DNA of 64,000 nucleotides from assembly GCA_030704615.1 (NCBI GenBank), contig CM060733.1:744001-808000 (forward strand), read 5' to 3'. This DNA is from Takakia lepidozioides (Eukaryota > Plantae > Bryophyta). Made by a program: the position numbers and the translations under genes. The first letter of the stretch is position 1; each line of letters opens with the position of its first letter. Below, in pieces: positions 49,601 to 62,400 of the stretch. Under the pieces are notes generated by a model, which searched no databases, was not told the DNA's origin, and worked only from the letters and a program-made list of their open reading frames with translations.

Positions 49601-52600
49601 GTTCTCTCTAGGGGCTTCTCCAGCTTGGCAACAACATTGTCATGAAATGTTCAACACTGGGCATCGCATGTATGTACAATCTTCATTACCCACCTTCGCC
49701 TTAAAAGATCAGTTATTCACCGTTCGGTCTTAAAAGCCAGCAGATTATTTATTGACTTACAATTATAACATTCTTCCATAGCAGTTATGTACATTGCACT
49801 GGCAAACTCAGTGACTTCCTATGATACATTGACTTGCCCTCTTAGAGGAGAGAGATTAACAAAGAAAGAACGCCTATAATGTCCACCGTGGCCCTGGAGG
49901 GAAGAAGAACGAAAGGCATAAAGGGACTTTTTGACATCCACAGAGGGAGATAGACAGACTTGAGCTGATCACCTGACTGGAGGGGATTTTCTATCAAACA
50001 CAGAAAAACATTTGGGAGCACCAAAACCAACCGGGCACTCCCCACCATCCATTGTCAGCTCTCTATACTCCCAGCACATTAGAAAAAGCTTTCGGAAAGT
50101 GCCATCCATAAGGATTTCACTGAGCTCTCCTGGAGACCCAGCAAAAGGGCCATCATCCCATGGAAGACTAAACCCATCGCGCCTATTGGAAAGAGAGCGA
50201 ACACTCCTTGAAGATCTTCGCAGTGGTGCTCAATGTGATGTGGTGCTGGTGGATAAAGACGCATTCGGTAAAGGCTCCGGTATGGAGCTTGGAAAGTTCC
50301 TGTTGCAGTACAAAAATGGGGCTAGAACTACCTGCAGTGTGACAAGGCCGTCTGTGGAGGGAGGGGGCTTGGTTTCAAAGAAAGCAATATTCCCACCAAT
50401 GGTGCTTCTCTCCTGCAAGCTAGAAGAAAATGAGAAAGATGTGCAGGGCTTTGGTTTTTATGGCAATATCTTCAAGCCTGTCAAGCCAGTGGCACTAGCG
50501 GCAGTGCTGACAGAGGTCAGAACTTCTCAACTCTACAACAAGAAACTAAATGCTGATAGAATCTTTTTTGGTCAGTGCACTAACTACAGACCACACATTT
50601 ATGGCAATGAGGGGCTTGAAGATAAGCTGGCAGTTAGGCCCCCTATGCTGTCTGTAGACGAAACACTATTTTTTTCTTTTACTTCTTCTTTCTATGCTCT
50701 GTTTGCACAGCAGTGTGAATGGCTATGAGGGGACAGTAACAGTGGTGATATTTAACATCGTGCTTAAGCATGAGACGAGTGCCCGTGAATACCCAATTTT
50801 AGGCTTAATTTTTAACCTGGTGGGTTTATCCCAGATCCAGCCTGAAGATTATGTCATAGCAACCTTGCATAGATTGGTCAACGCGGACCATGTTCTCCCT
50901 CTCCCTCACACCGTCCCATGCGCCTCTGTGGCCCTGTGGATGCCATGAAGTTCTTTCTTTCTTCCACTGATGTCTTTCACTATGAGGATCAAAAATGCTT
51001 GGCAGCCTACCTACACGAGGCCTTCACCCTTAGACAATCGCTAGAACATTAATTGTGGTTTCTGGATTTGTTCCTCTCATGTTTTCTTCCATTTTGTCCC
51101 ATAAGCTCTACGAGCTTTCCGCGGACGTTATAAGCACCATTTCATTTCATTTCATTTCTTTCAATCACTCGAGCAATAGTTTTATTTTTGGCTCTGTTTT
51201 TGTTTCCTCTCTCATGTTTTCTTCCATTCTGTCCCATAAGCTCTATGAGCTTTCCGCGGACGTTATAAAGCACCATTTCATTTCATTTCATTTTTCCATT
51301 TTGTCCCATAAGCTCTTTGAGCTATCCGTGGACGTTATAAAGTACCATTTCATTTCATTTCATTTCTTGCTCACATGCACCTTCACACAGAAGGTTCTCA
51401 CTGCATATTCGCGAGGCTCTGCACGTGAGGGAATCATTCGAGGTTAAACCATAGTTGCATGGTTGTGGTGGCTGGTTGTTGGGGACCCCAACAACCTGCC
51501 AGTGGTGCTGTTTCTCTTGTCCTTTAGGCATATTATAAGCTCCCATCTTTCTTCCCTCTTGTATCATTCTCTCTTTTGTCCCATAAGCTCTTTGAGCCTC
51601 CCGCTGACGTCATAAAGTTTTCTTCCCTTTCATTTCTTTCTCTCCATTTTGTCCCATAAGCTCTATGAGCTTTCCGTGGACGTTATAAAGCACCATTTCA
51701 TTTCATTTCATTTCATTTCTCCATTGTTATGCCCAAACTGGGCATGGGGTCTGTGGCCACAAGGCTTTGGCAAACGTCTCATGGGTACAGTCTTTCTCTA
51801 TGTGCAAACCTGTCATCTGTAGGTGTCTCCTCATACTGAATTGCTTGATGCAGCTGACAAAAGTTGCCCGTGAAAGCAAGTTGCAGACTGTAAGTGTGGA
51901 GAAGGCTTCAATTCGTAAAAAATTGTTTGGTCTATTGAAAGGTCTTCAGATCATGGTAATCTCTTCCTATGTCCAAAACATTCTCATAGGTATCATTGAC
52001 ATGTTCCGGCATACATGTTAGTAGTGTCAAATGGGGAATTTTTTTCAGCCCACTTACATAAGTTAGGTTCTGTGTTTTTTATGCCTCGTGTTTTCTATGA
52101 TTTGCATGCTGAAACTATGTCTTGGCTGAGTCCTCCTGCGTTGACACAGAAACATAGTACATCTGTACCCTTTGTGGGAAGTTATGAGGTCAGTGAGCAG
52201 CTGGTCACTGTTGTACAAGATGTAGTTGCTTGTCTTGGTCTCTTGGATTATCTCCAAGTGACAAGACACATTCTTTCTGGTTTCCTTCGTTTTTGCTGTT
52301 TCTTTTCCTTGACGTCTTGTCCTGGTGCCTTTGTTTTCTCGGAGGCTCTTCTTTACCTTGGATGGATGTGGCTATCTTTAATCTTTGGTTACCTCTCAAA
52401 TGTGAGGTCAGAGTTTGATAGCTCTCAAATTGATATACATGTTAAAAAGTGACAACATGTTGACAGAGAAAAATGTTGCCAAAACAGACAAGCTCACGTG
52501 AGATAAGAGTTCACTTTGTTAGAGTCAGCCTTGGCCAGCGTAAATAAGGGCCACTTCCCCTGGCTAGCAGGGTACTTCCCCTCATACTTGAGAAACTATG

Positions 52601-55600
52601 CATTTGATACATCCCTTCTCTTGGTCGGAAATGTCTCTCTCATAGTTTGCTTGTTCTGTGGTTCTTTGTTTTTCAACGTATGTTCCTTGGGCTCTTTGGG
52701 CTTCCCGAAGATATAATAGATTTCTTTCTTTCTATTTCATTTCATCTGCTTCCTTCCAATGGGCACTGTAAGTCTTTCTTCTTTCTCTCTATGAGCTTTC
52801 AAAAACTCTATGAGCTTTCTGCGGACGTTATAAAGCACCATTTCATTTCATTTCATTTCTCTCGTGTACGATTGGAGTCTTTTGATCGAGTTTTTTTGTC
52901 ATTCTACATTGTCCAACATGAGGTGCTCTACAAGTCTCTTTCGTTCTTTTTTTCCTCCTCTCCTTTCAGCTTTGAGGATAGGAAGTGCCTGGCAGCCAGA
53001 GAACATTGTAAAGTTCCTTCCTTCTTTTCTTCCTGCTCCTTTGTCCCAACTCCATCTCATATCCTAGGTGCAGAGTTCGCATGTGTACCATTGCAAACCG
53101 AGGGCCTCTTCCGGCTTACAATCTTTCTCCATAGATTACAGGCCCTTCCACCCAAGGGGCTCGTGGCAAGGGTATCGCAACATCTACGAGGCTCAAAGCT
53201 GCAGGTTTCAGGAACTCCTGGTATGCTCGAGTGGACAGTTTATTTCAACGCAATGGACTCTCTACTGCTTCCCTATTACCAATGAATCAAGATGAGGTGG
53301 ACATCACATCCAGACATGACCGCAACAGACTCATTAGGAGAGAGCTTATGGAATTATATGTCAAGAGAACTTGGAAGCTACCCAATCTCACGACAAAGCT
53401 CCACTTCTATCGAGAGACATTCTTGATGCTCCGAGATGATAGAATCTTGAGGCCAAATTACCTTTCAGCATCCTTATCTCCTTCCCTCCTGAGGGCATTG
53501 GGGCGGTTCAGGGTGGGATCCCACAACCTATGGATAGAGACTGGCAGATGGGAAAACCTGCAACGGGAGGACCGCAGCTTGCATAGGGCGCAGCCAGGAA
53601 ATTGAAACTGAAGACCACTTCTTCTACTGCCCTCTATACTACGAGATCCGTGGGAGATTCCACTGTCTATTCAGTGGAACCCAATCTCTCACTGAAGTCT
53701 TCCACTATGAGGATAAAAAATGCTTGGCAGCCTACCTGCACGAGGCCTTCACCCTTAGACAATCGCTAGAACATTAGTTCTTATTCTTGGGTTCTGGTTT
53801 TCTTCCTCTCTCATGTTTTCTTCCATTTTGTCCCATAAGCTCTATGAGCTTTCCGCGGACGTTATAAAGCACCATTTCATTTCATTTCCCATAAGCTCTT
53901 TGAAGCTTCCAAGAACCTTATTATGTATCTTTTCATTTCATTTCATTTCATTTATTTCCCTCTTGTCAGGTGTCGTTGTTGTATGTTGGAGGGGGAAAAA
54001 TAAATTATCATTGAGAAGCAGAGAATTGTCTACTAGCAACCTCTCTGTCCCTTTGGACCCTCCGGGCCCTTGGATGTTGTAAAGGATCTTCCTTCTTTCT
54101 TTCTTTCTCGCTATTGGCTAAGCTGTTTGGGGCAGTAGTGGCCATGGAGTTGGATGATTGGGCTGAATCCTCTCACATACGGGCTAAGGGACAAGCTGGT
54201 TTCCGTCGCAACAGATCCACTCTTGACCACATCTTCACTCTTCAGGTTATGGTGGAAAGTGCTCGCTTTGACAAAAAACTGGTTTACGTCTGCTTCGTTG
54301 ACTTTCACAAGGCTTTTGATTCGGTTCCTCACGAACTTCTTTTCCAAAGGCTCCAGAAGGTGGGAGTCCCTCAACACATTCTCTATGCTATTTCCTCCAT
54401 GTATGAGATCGTCACTGGCATGGTCAATATCGCAGGGGAATTCTCAGCTGAGGTCCATAGCAACATTGGGGTCAAACAGGGCTGCCCCCTCTCGCCTACC
54501 CTATGCGGAATCTACATTGACGCCTTGGAAGTCTACATCTCAAAAAACCATGGAGTTGGTGTGCCATTGGATGGAGGACCAACACAATCAGATCTCCTCT
54601 ACGCGGATGATGTTGCCCTTTTGGCACAATCTCCTATCTTCCTACAACGCCATCTCGACATCTTGGAACAGTTCTCCAATGGCTATGGGTTGCAAGTCAA
54701 CCTTACAAAAACCAAGATCTAGATTCTTCCTCAACAATCGGGAGGTGGAGATAGTCAAATTCTACCGATATCTGGGGCTGGTTATCCACTCCCCCAAATT
54801 CCACTTTGCAGCCACTTCCCTGGACAGATTGACAAAAGGCAAGACAGCCTCCATCCGCCTTCAGGCCAAATGCAAGCAGATACACCTGCGCCACCCACCG
54901 ACCAAGAAGTGGCTTTTTGATAGCGTAGTCACCCCAAATGCCACTTTTGGTTGTGCATTTTGGGCACCTGCAGTCCCAGTTTCCTGGTGGGAAAACAATC
55001 TGGAACCATTGCAGTCATCTCTCCTCCAAGCAATGCTTGGCGCCAGAGGCACAACTCCATCGCACATATTGAATGCAGAATTCGCCTGTGTGCCACTCCA
55101 AACTGAGGCCCTCTTCCGGCTTACAATTTTCCTGCATAGGCTACAAGGCCTTCCCCCCAAGGGGCTTGTGGACTCTCTATAGCTTCACTTTTGCCAGTGA
55201 ACCCAGAAGAGGTGGAAATCACATCCAGGCATGACCGCAACCAACTCATTAGAAAGGAGCTCATGGAGTTACATGTCAGGAGAACTTGGAAGTTACCCAA
55301 CCTCACAACAAAGCTCCATTTCTATCGAGAAACATTCTTGGTTCTCCGGGATGATAGAATCTTGAGGCCCAATTACCTTTCGGCCTCTTTATCTCCTTCT
55401 CTCCTGAGGGCTTTGGGGCGGTTCAGGGTGGGCTCCCACAACGTACGGATAGAGACTGGCAGATGGGAAAACCTGCAGCGGGAGGACTGCCTATGTCCTG
55501 TTTGCACTGGGCGCAGCCAGGAAATTTAAACTGAAGAACACTTCTTCTTCTATTGCCCCCTATACTATGAGATCCGTTGGAGATTCCATTGTCTATTCCG

Positions 55601-57244
55601 TGGAACCCAATCTCTCACTGAAGTCTTCCACTATGAGGATCAGAAATGTTTGGCAGCCTACCTGCACGAGGCATTCACCCTTAGACAATCAGTCGAACAG
55701 TAGTTCTTATCTCTGACTCTGGTTTTCCTATTTTCTCTCATGTTCTTCCTTCCATTTTGTCCCATAAGCTCTATGAGCTTTCCGCGGACGTTATAAAGCA
55801 CCATTTCATTTCTTTTTTGGCTCTGGTTTTGTTTCCTCTCTCTGAAGTCTTCCACTATGAGGATCAGAAATGCTTGGCAGCTTACCTGCACGAGGTCTTC
55901 ACCCTTAGACAATCACTCGAGCAATAGTCTTAAAGTTTTCTTCCAATTTGTCCCATAAGCTCTATGAGCTGTCTGCAGACGTTATAAAGTACCATTTCAT
56001 TTCATTTCTCGTCTTTTTCCATTTTGTCCCAGAAGCTCTTTGAGCTTTCCGCGGACGTTACAAAGCACCATTTCATTTCATTTCATTTCTTTCTTTTCCC
56101 CCTCGATAGCAAGAGCATGGTAAATCTGTTGAGGGAATAGCAAACAGTAAAATTGTCTTGGATTGTTTCTCTCCTAAAAACAATCTTCTCAGTCTCCTAC
56201 TTGGAGTCTGAAGTTTCAGAATTGCTGACTATTTCAGCGTCTGATTTGCACTGCCTTATGAGGTATCATGGATGCCAGGTGGTGGATGATAACTATGTGA
56301 ACAGAATGGTAGCAACCAAAATGCTGCAGCGCTATGGTGTGGAGGTGGTTGCAGTTGAGTCCGGGCAGAAGGCCATTGACCGGCTGAAAGTCCTGCACAA
56401 CATCAATGTTGTCCTCATGGACGTCCAAATGCCGGACATGGATGGGTTTGTCTCTCTGCCTCCTCCTCTCCTTCTGCCTATTGCCCTTCCTGCATGGCCG
56501 AGGGGTCGGTCGTGACATGCAGACCAGTGCCTGTTTTGTTCTATATTACTTTCGCATTTCTTTCACCATCAATCTTATGAAATGCAAGTCCAAGGATGCA
56601 AGGATCCCTGTCTTCTATGTGAACAGATGCAATAGGAAGATGGCTGTGACAAACCTTCCACATATGCTCAAATCCTTTGCGTACATCTCAGGTTCGAGAC
56701 AACAGCAAAGATAAGGGCGATGGAGGCTACCGGAGAGATTGTCAGTGAGAGAGACAGCAAAGTCATTGAACCGGCATCAATTAGGGGTGTGGAAGGCAGA
56801 AACAGGCTGGTGATTATGGCTATGACTGCGGATGTGTTCTCCAGCACTTCCGAAGTTGAGGACAAAGGCCTGGATGATTTCGTCTCAAAACCCATTGAAG
56901 AGGAACAGCTGTACAGAACTATGAGGAGGTACATTCGGGCGAGACCTGAATCTAATAGTAAGGAGGACACTGGTAGTTTGACAAACTTACAAATGCCAGG
57001 TACCTCATGCAGTACTACTACCAAAGCAGCCTCCTCCAGCATGAGAGATTGCACTACAACGCCAATAGAAGATAGTGAGGTGCATATTTCACAGGGGTCT
57101 TTGGGTTCTGTGTTTGGGTCTGAAAGTGAGATTAGAGAAGAAACTAGTGCTTTGAAAGATCCTGAGGTGTTGGATTCCCAATCCAATGGGACATCGGCAC
57201 CTGACATGAACAGGGAATGTGTTGTTGTTAGGGCTCCTGATTGA
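40603..57244 (+). CDS. CHASE-domain hybrid histidine kinase (divergent cytokinin-receptor-like, AHK/CHK family), 16 exons
   Basis: GT-AG exons with consistent phases: 40603-40851, 41346-41497, 42427-42665, 42984-43124, 43428-43626, 44200-44441, 44671-44901, 45485-45568, 46070-46674, 47728-47793, 48542-48730, 49260-49503, 50004-50515, 51854-51955, 56279-56445, 56692-57244. Architecture TM-CHASE(..[14 protein letters not shown])-TM; H-box [10 protein letters not shown]; [19 protein letters not shown]; EDTGAGI; GGTGIGL; receiver [26 protein letters not shown]. Confidence 0.92.
46755..47150 (+). mobile_element. 5'-truncated copy of the intronic LINE family
   Basis: Matches 53200-53510 and 55190-55420; ends CCCATAAGCTCTTTGAGCTT...(ATTTC)n. 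Confidence 0.85.
50970..51720 (+). repeat. Cluster of LINE 3'-end fragments with (ATTTC)n tails
   Basis: At least five copies of TTGTCCCATAAGCTCTATGAGCTTTCCGCGGACGTTATAAAGCACC(ATTTC)n. Confidence 0.9.
53044..53950 (+). mobile_element. 5'-truncated LINE copy
   Basis: [16 protein letters not shown]...[25 protein letters not shown], followed by the (ATTTC)n tail. Confidence 0.88.
54105..56090 (+). mobile_element. LINE (RTE-X/L2/CR1-type) with RT domain plus tandem 3'-end copies
   Basis: [18 protein letters not shown]; [11 protein letters not shown]; [12 protein letters not shown]; [10 protein letters not shown]; VNLTKTK; C-terminal [28 protein letters not shown]; tail (ATTTC)n. Confidence 0.9.
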
Positions 57245-57805
57245 AACTCATGTCAAAATGTGTTGCTGTGATATCTGCTGTAAATTCGGAACTCCTGAAA
57301 TGACATGGGATTGTAACCAGTGCAACTGGATATTTGACGAAGTTGATAAATTTCCACAAGACCATAGGCTGCAAACTGTCTAGTTATTTGGGTGAGCATG
57401 ACTCCCTGCTTGGTTGTGACAATCAACCCAAGTGATAAAATCAGCGGCGATTGTACATCCTCATCCCTCTGTAACAAGAGTCACATGGCTATCATCTCTC
57501 TATTTGCAGAGTCTGGCCTACAAACTAGACTGGATGAGTGCACATGAAAGCATATCGAGTGATATGTCAGATGATCAGCTAGGGGCTATCCGATAACCCA
57601 CCCTCTCTTCTCTATGAGGAAGATTGGAACCAGACTACTGCGTCTTCGATCTCTTGCCTCCAAGAGAAACTCTATGTCTCTACGCCCAGGGACTCGAGAT
57701 AAACCTCAGAAGAGAACAGATGAGCAACTGACCCTCCTTCCAATGGCACAACTCTCATTTGAAAGTGGGCTCTTACACAAACATCTCCACATTCAACAGA
57801 CTCAC

Positions 57806-57837
57806 AAACCCTAAACCCTAAACCCTAAACCCTAAAC
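57806..57837. repeat. Interstitial plant telomere repeat (CCCTAAA)4
   Basis: AAACCCTAAACCCTAAACCCTAAACCCTAAAC. Confidence 0.8.
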
Positions 57838-59494
57838 TCACTACTTTCAGTCTGCTCAAGCTTGCAGCCCAAAAGAGCGTGACGGAGAGGATTATGGATG
57901 ACAATAGATTTCATCCATGCACGCTGACAATCTAGTCGGCTGTGGAGCTGCTAGATTTTTTCAAGCTAGTCTTATTCCGGTGCTTGCACTAGCTATATTA
58001 GGGAGCATCAGTTGAACTGATACTGCGGAGTCCGGGCTGCGAGGTGTGCACAGATGGCTTCCTGCTTCAAACCGAGCGGCGTCATTCCAGGCTTTCGATC
58101 CACCTTAGCTTGTGCTTCACGGTCCCTTTTGTGCTCTCCGGTGTCCGCCCATTGCAGTGGATCATCACAAAAGTAAGGATCGGCGAGCATCATGGTCTTT
58201 TATATTGTTCGGATGACATTGTAACTAGTCAGGCTTTCTGTCTTATGCTTCAAATTGTGATCTGGATGCCTTTTTAAATGTTGCAGTGTGCATGGCTCCA
58301 CCACACCCAGTTTGTGGGTTAGAAGCCTCGGCTGTGGAGCGATCACAGCTGCCAGCTTCAGACTGAGAGATTCGAAGAAAGAGTGTGTAAGAGACTGCTC
58401 AAGCTGCATTCACACTGATTGTATATCATGGATTTCAGGTCAGGAATCCTGTTGTTGTGTTGTTCTAATGAAACTTTCGCGAGAGAATATACGACGTGTC
58501 AAATACAGTTGACTTAGAGTAGCCAGCATCTCGTCGGGAGAGAGAGAGAGTGTGTATATGTTTGAACAGCTGCTTCTGAGGTGGGTAATTTAAATTTTTA
58601 ACTTCCAGGTACGTCAGAGGTTGAAAGCAGATCTTCGCATTCTTGCAGGTCCACGGTAGGTGCTCTAATCTCAGGCCATTTCGAAGCTGTAGTGGCTCCA
58701 GGTCGCTGTGCTCTTGGCTGGGTATGAACGGATCTCCCAATTTTTTTCTTAAAGTCGGGACTCAATGTCCTCAACTCCCAAGTGAAAAGTTAAGCGGCTT
58801 ATGTGATCAGGTTGTCTGGGAGAAGAAAGGTCTCAGACAACGCAAGTTCACTGTGACAAACAACCCCGGAGATTATTTTAAACTACATTCGAAAGCCCAT
58901 GGCAGGAATGGTAGATCGGTCGACCTTGTTTAACTCAACAGATTCGCTATATTGATTGGACTCTCCCTCAAATCTGTTGATTTTAATGGATGGATCGAGA
59001 TGATGGCTCGATGTACTTGAAAAACCATCTTCAAGTGGACTTAATCACTCTCTAGCTCTTCTCTCTTCCCACCCAGTTCAACTTCTTGAATCATGCTGGA
59101 CAGTACTTCCATAGCTTAATTGGTCAAGTTCATGTCCAGTCTAGCAGTTAAAGCGTTGGATGTGTTTAGGTGGACATTATTGTAGACTTACTGATCTGAA
59201 TTTGTATGCGTTCGGTAATCTCTCTAACTTTCATTCATGCTAATTAGTAAGCGACATTTTCCCTCATCGGTAGAATGGGAGACTTGTAAGGTGGTGCAAC
59301 CAACCGACTTACCGGACCTCTGAATCCTTAACGCTTTCATTTCCGCTGCGTCTATTTCTCTCTTTGTCCCTCAACTGGATTGTACACTAATAGTTCCACA
59401 ATACAGGAAGTTGTGTGAATGGAAGGATCTTTCCTTTTACCCGTAGTGATGTTAATTCCAGTTCCTTAGCTTTAATTCAGCTGGTATTCTTTCT

Positions 59495-62400
59495 ATGGAT
59501 GGTGACAGGACCGCCTTGAATATGGAGGAGAGAGAGGGGGAAGAACAGAGAGTCATGACTGGAGGGCCGAGCCCGGAGGTCAAGGCATCGATATTCAGCG
59601 TTTTGACATGGCATTGGGTTCAACCCCTTATCGCACTCGGACATCGAAGAGCTCTTCAGGTCATCTCTCTATACAGTTATAGAGTTTCTTTTTCTCTTTC
59701 TATCTCAGGGCCTCCGGTAGTTTTATCTTTCTTCTTCTTTCTTTCTCTCTGACAATGTTCTGACGTTATAAAGTTCAATTTCATTTCATTTCTCTTTACA
59801 GTGTAAAAATCCGGAACGAGGCAGGGCCCCTCTCTCTGAACAAGATTTTATTTGCTCTCTCGACGGGTCTCTCCACTGGCCCCCAACCTACACCCAATCT
59901 AGCATTTATCTGTCTTGTCTTCTGCATGAACTCGTATGTGCTTGAATTTCTTCCTTGAATTCTGATCTTTCCCTCTTCTCAATTTCGGGTTCTTCTAGTT
60001 GTTCCACCAGAATTATCATGTGGTACATAGGTTTTGCTGGAGAAACTTAGAAGGCCAGAATCAGGTTCCTCTAGAATTGGCACTACCGTAGCAGAGACGG
60101 GAGCTGCCCCTCTTCTCTCGTATTCCACTCCCTTCAACGGGGTCGCGCAGACATTAAATTCACTGTTCATGGGCACGCGTTGCTGCCCTCATCATCGTGT
60201 TCCATAAAAGTGGGCTCGGGGGCGAAGTCTGATGAGTGGATTTGGCAGGCGGAGGACCTCTACGATTTAATCCCCAAAGAGACGACATACCACTGTGAGC
60301 AGAGTTGGAAGAAGGCCGTTGAAGATGAAAGAAAGTTCGGGAAATTGGGTAGATCTCTGTCAGTATGGAAGCTGCTATATCGGAGTTTGGGAAGAGAGTT
60401 CCTACTGAGCGGTCTTTGCAAGCCAGTGTGGTTGAGCGCTGTTGTACTTCAGGTTAGTTCTTAGTTCTTTGAGAGAGGCAACTAAACTATTGGGTGGTGC
60501 TTTATGCTTTCTATTCATCGTGAAATTGATGGAACTATTGTACCATTTTTCCTCTGGCAAGATTGATTGCAGATTTGAAGAGAGGCAAAGTCAGAGTGCT
60601 GGAACTTACTTGGGTTTCGTTGGGTCAGCAATAACCAAATTATCTGTCTTTCATGGGAGTGTATCTTTCTTTATGGAGCTTGATGGTTTCTGAAGTAGTT
60701 CTTCTACTTTGTCTTATGTCCCCCCGTGGATGGTGGAAAGGTTTTTTTTCCTTTCTTTCTGTGGTTCTGTCCCACTCTGTAGAAGCCGGCAGCACCTGTG
60801 ATAATGATTGCGTCCATAAATCACCACCGACACTCTGGCGTGGCGCTGACAAAATTGGAGAGCATGACTAAGGTTTTACTTTCCTTAGAGAGGTCCTCTG
60901 GAACAACACTTTCGCTCACACTGTAATATTTATGGCAGGTCTACGTGTTGAGAGCTTTAGTGCAGGTTGTGCAATCCAGCCATACAGAGCATTTCCATTG
61001 GTGGTGGGGTGCCCTTCTGGTGGCAGCTATGCTGCTCACAGCAATTGTGCTTGGTATATCACAGCATGTCTGTCTCACATTTGGCCAGAAAGCGGGTATG
61101 AAGATCCGTGCAACTGTTGGCATGGCAGTCTTCGATAAGGTACAATCCTCCCAGAGTCAAGCTTCATCCACCAGCAGTGCAGCTTCTGTGATATAGAAGC
61201 ACTTGACTTGATTTTACATCATGTCTTTTATGATGTAGAATCAATGGATCTTTGACTAAGATAATACCAGCCAACAAATGGAAAGCATCTTTGAGGTTGT
61301 CAGAATTGATGTTGTTGCTTTGCGTGGGTGAAGAGGGAGGCAGGCACAGCAGGTCTAATTGAGAAGCAGTCAGATTGTCCCGAGGAAAGATTTCAATGGC
61401 TGTTCAGGAAAGCCTTTAGTAATTCCCTTCGATATAGGAAGCATTCAGTAATATGTTCACCGGTTTTGAGCAGCTGCTGGAGATGCGGACAGTAGCTTTG
61501 GTGGGTGCAAGCACTGGAAATATGTTGAATCTTGTCACTAATGACACTAAAAAGTTAATTGATGCTGCCACCTATTGGCACTTTGGTAAGGCAGTCTGAC
61601 ACTTCCACTCTGGAATTTCCCCCCCTGCAAATATAGTAGCAACAATTGCAACTCGTGCAATGGAAGAGAACTGTCATACCACGTACAGTTTCCCTGCTAC
61701 TGTTCTATTTGATGTAAACTTAATAAGCATAGTTCAGAGTAGATGCATGCTCACCAGGGGTGGTATGCAGGGTAGAAACACACCAAGGTATGAACCTCAT
61801 CCAGATTTGGCCTTAGCACTTCTGCACAATAGACCAGAGTTCGAATTGCATATGGATGTAACTCAAGTGAGTGGTGATCATGTCATCTGCAGTATGGTTT
61901 GCTGTTGTCGAGATAGCAGTAGTGGGAGGTATGGTGATATATGAAGCTGGTATCCCAGCCATACCCGGTGTTGTAGTTATCTTCCTCACGCAACCCCTGC
62001 AGGTATGTGGGCAGCCAAGTCTTACTTCAAGCCAGTGTATGGCAAAGACATTGCTCTCTCTCTCTCTCTCTCTCTCGGCACTAGACTGACTTTTAAACTC
62101 AGGGTGGGGAGCCTACACCAGAGACTGACCCTCTTCAGGAACATTGAGAACATATAGTTCTGCACCCTGAGTCACCAACTTTCAAAAACTCCAGGTTGAG
62201 CCTAAAGCCCTGGCCCTGTTGGCAATTAACTTTTGGGCGGCTCACAGACAGCAGATTGATGCTTGTGTGAAGGGCTTTCTAGAGGATATCTGGAAGGACG
62301 GAATTAATTGTGTATATCAAGGTAAGTCACATTACTGGAGTGAGCCCCTCACAAATGTAGTGCCTATTGCCTATGTTTCCTTCCAAACTGGGCGCAGGGT

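Noticed and set aside
51388-51441. Extra kinase micro-exon ([16 protein letters not shown])
   Set aside because: The flanking exons (ending 50515, starting 51854) already join in phase; cannot be supported without RNA data.
57806-57837. Chromosome end or fusion site
   Set aside because: Only four CCCTAAA units in one orientation between two genes; more likely a telo-box or repair insertion.
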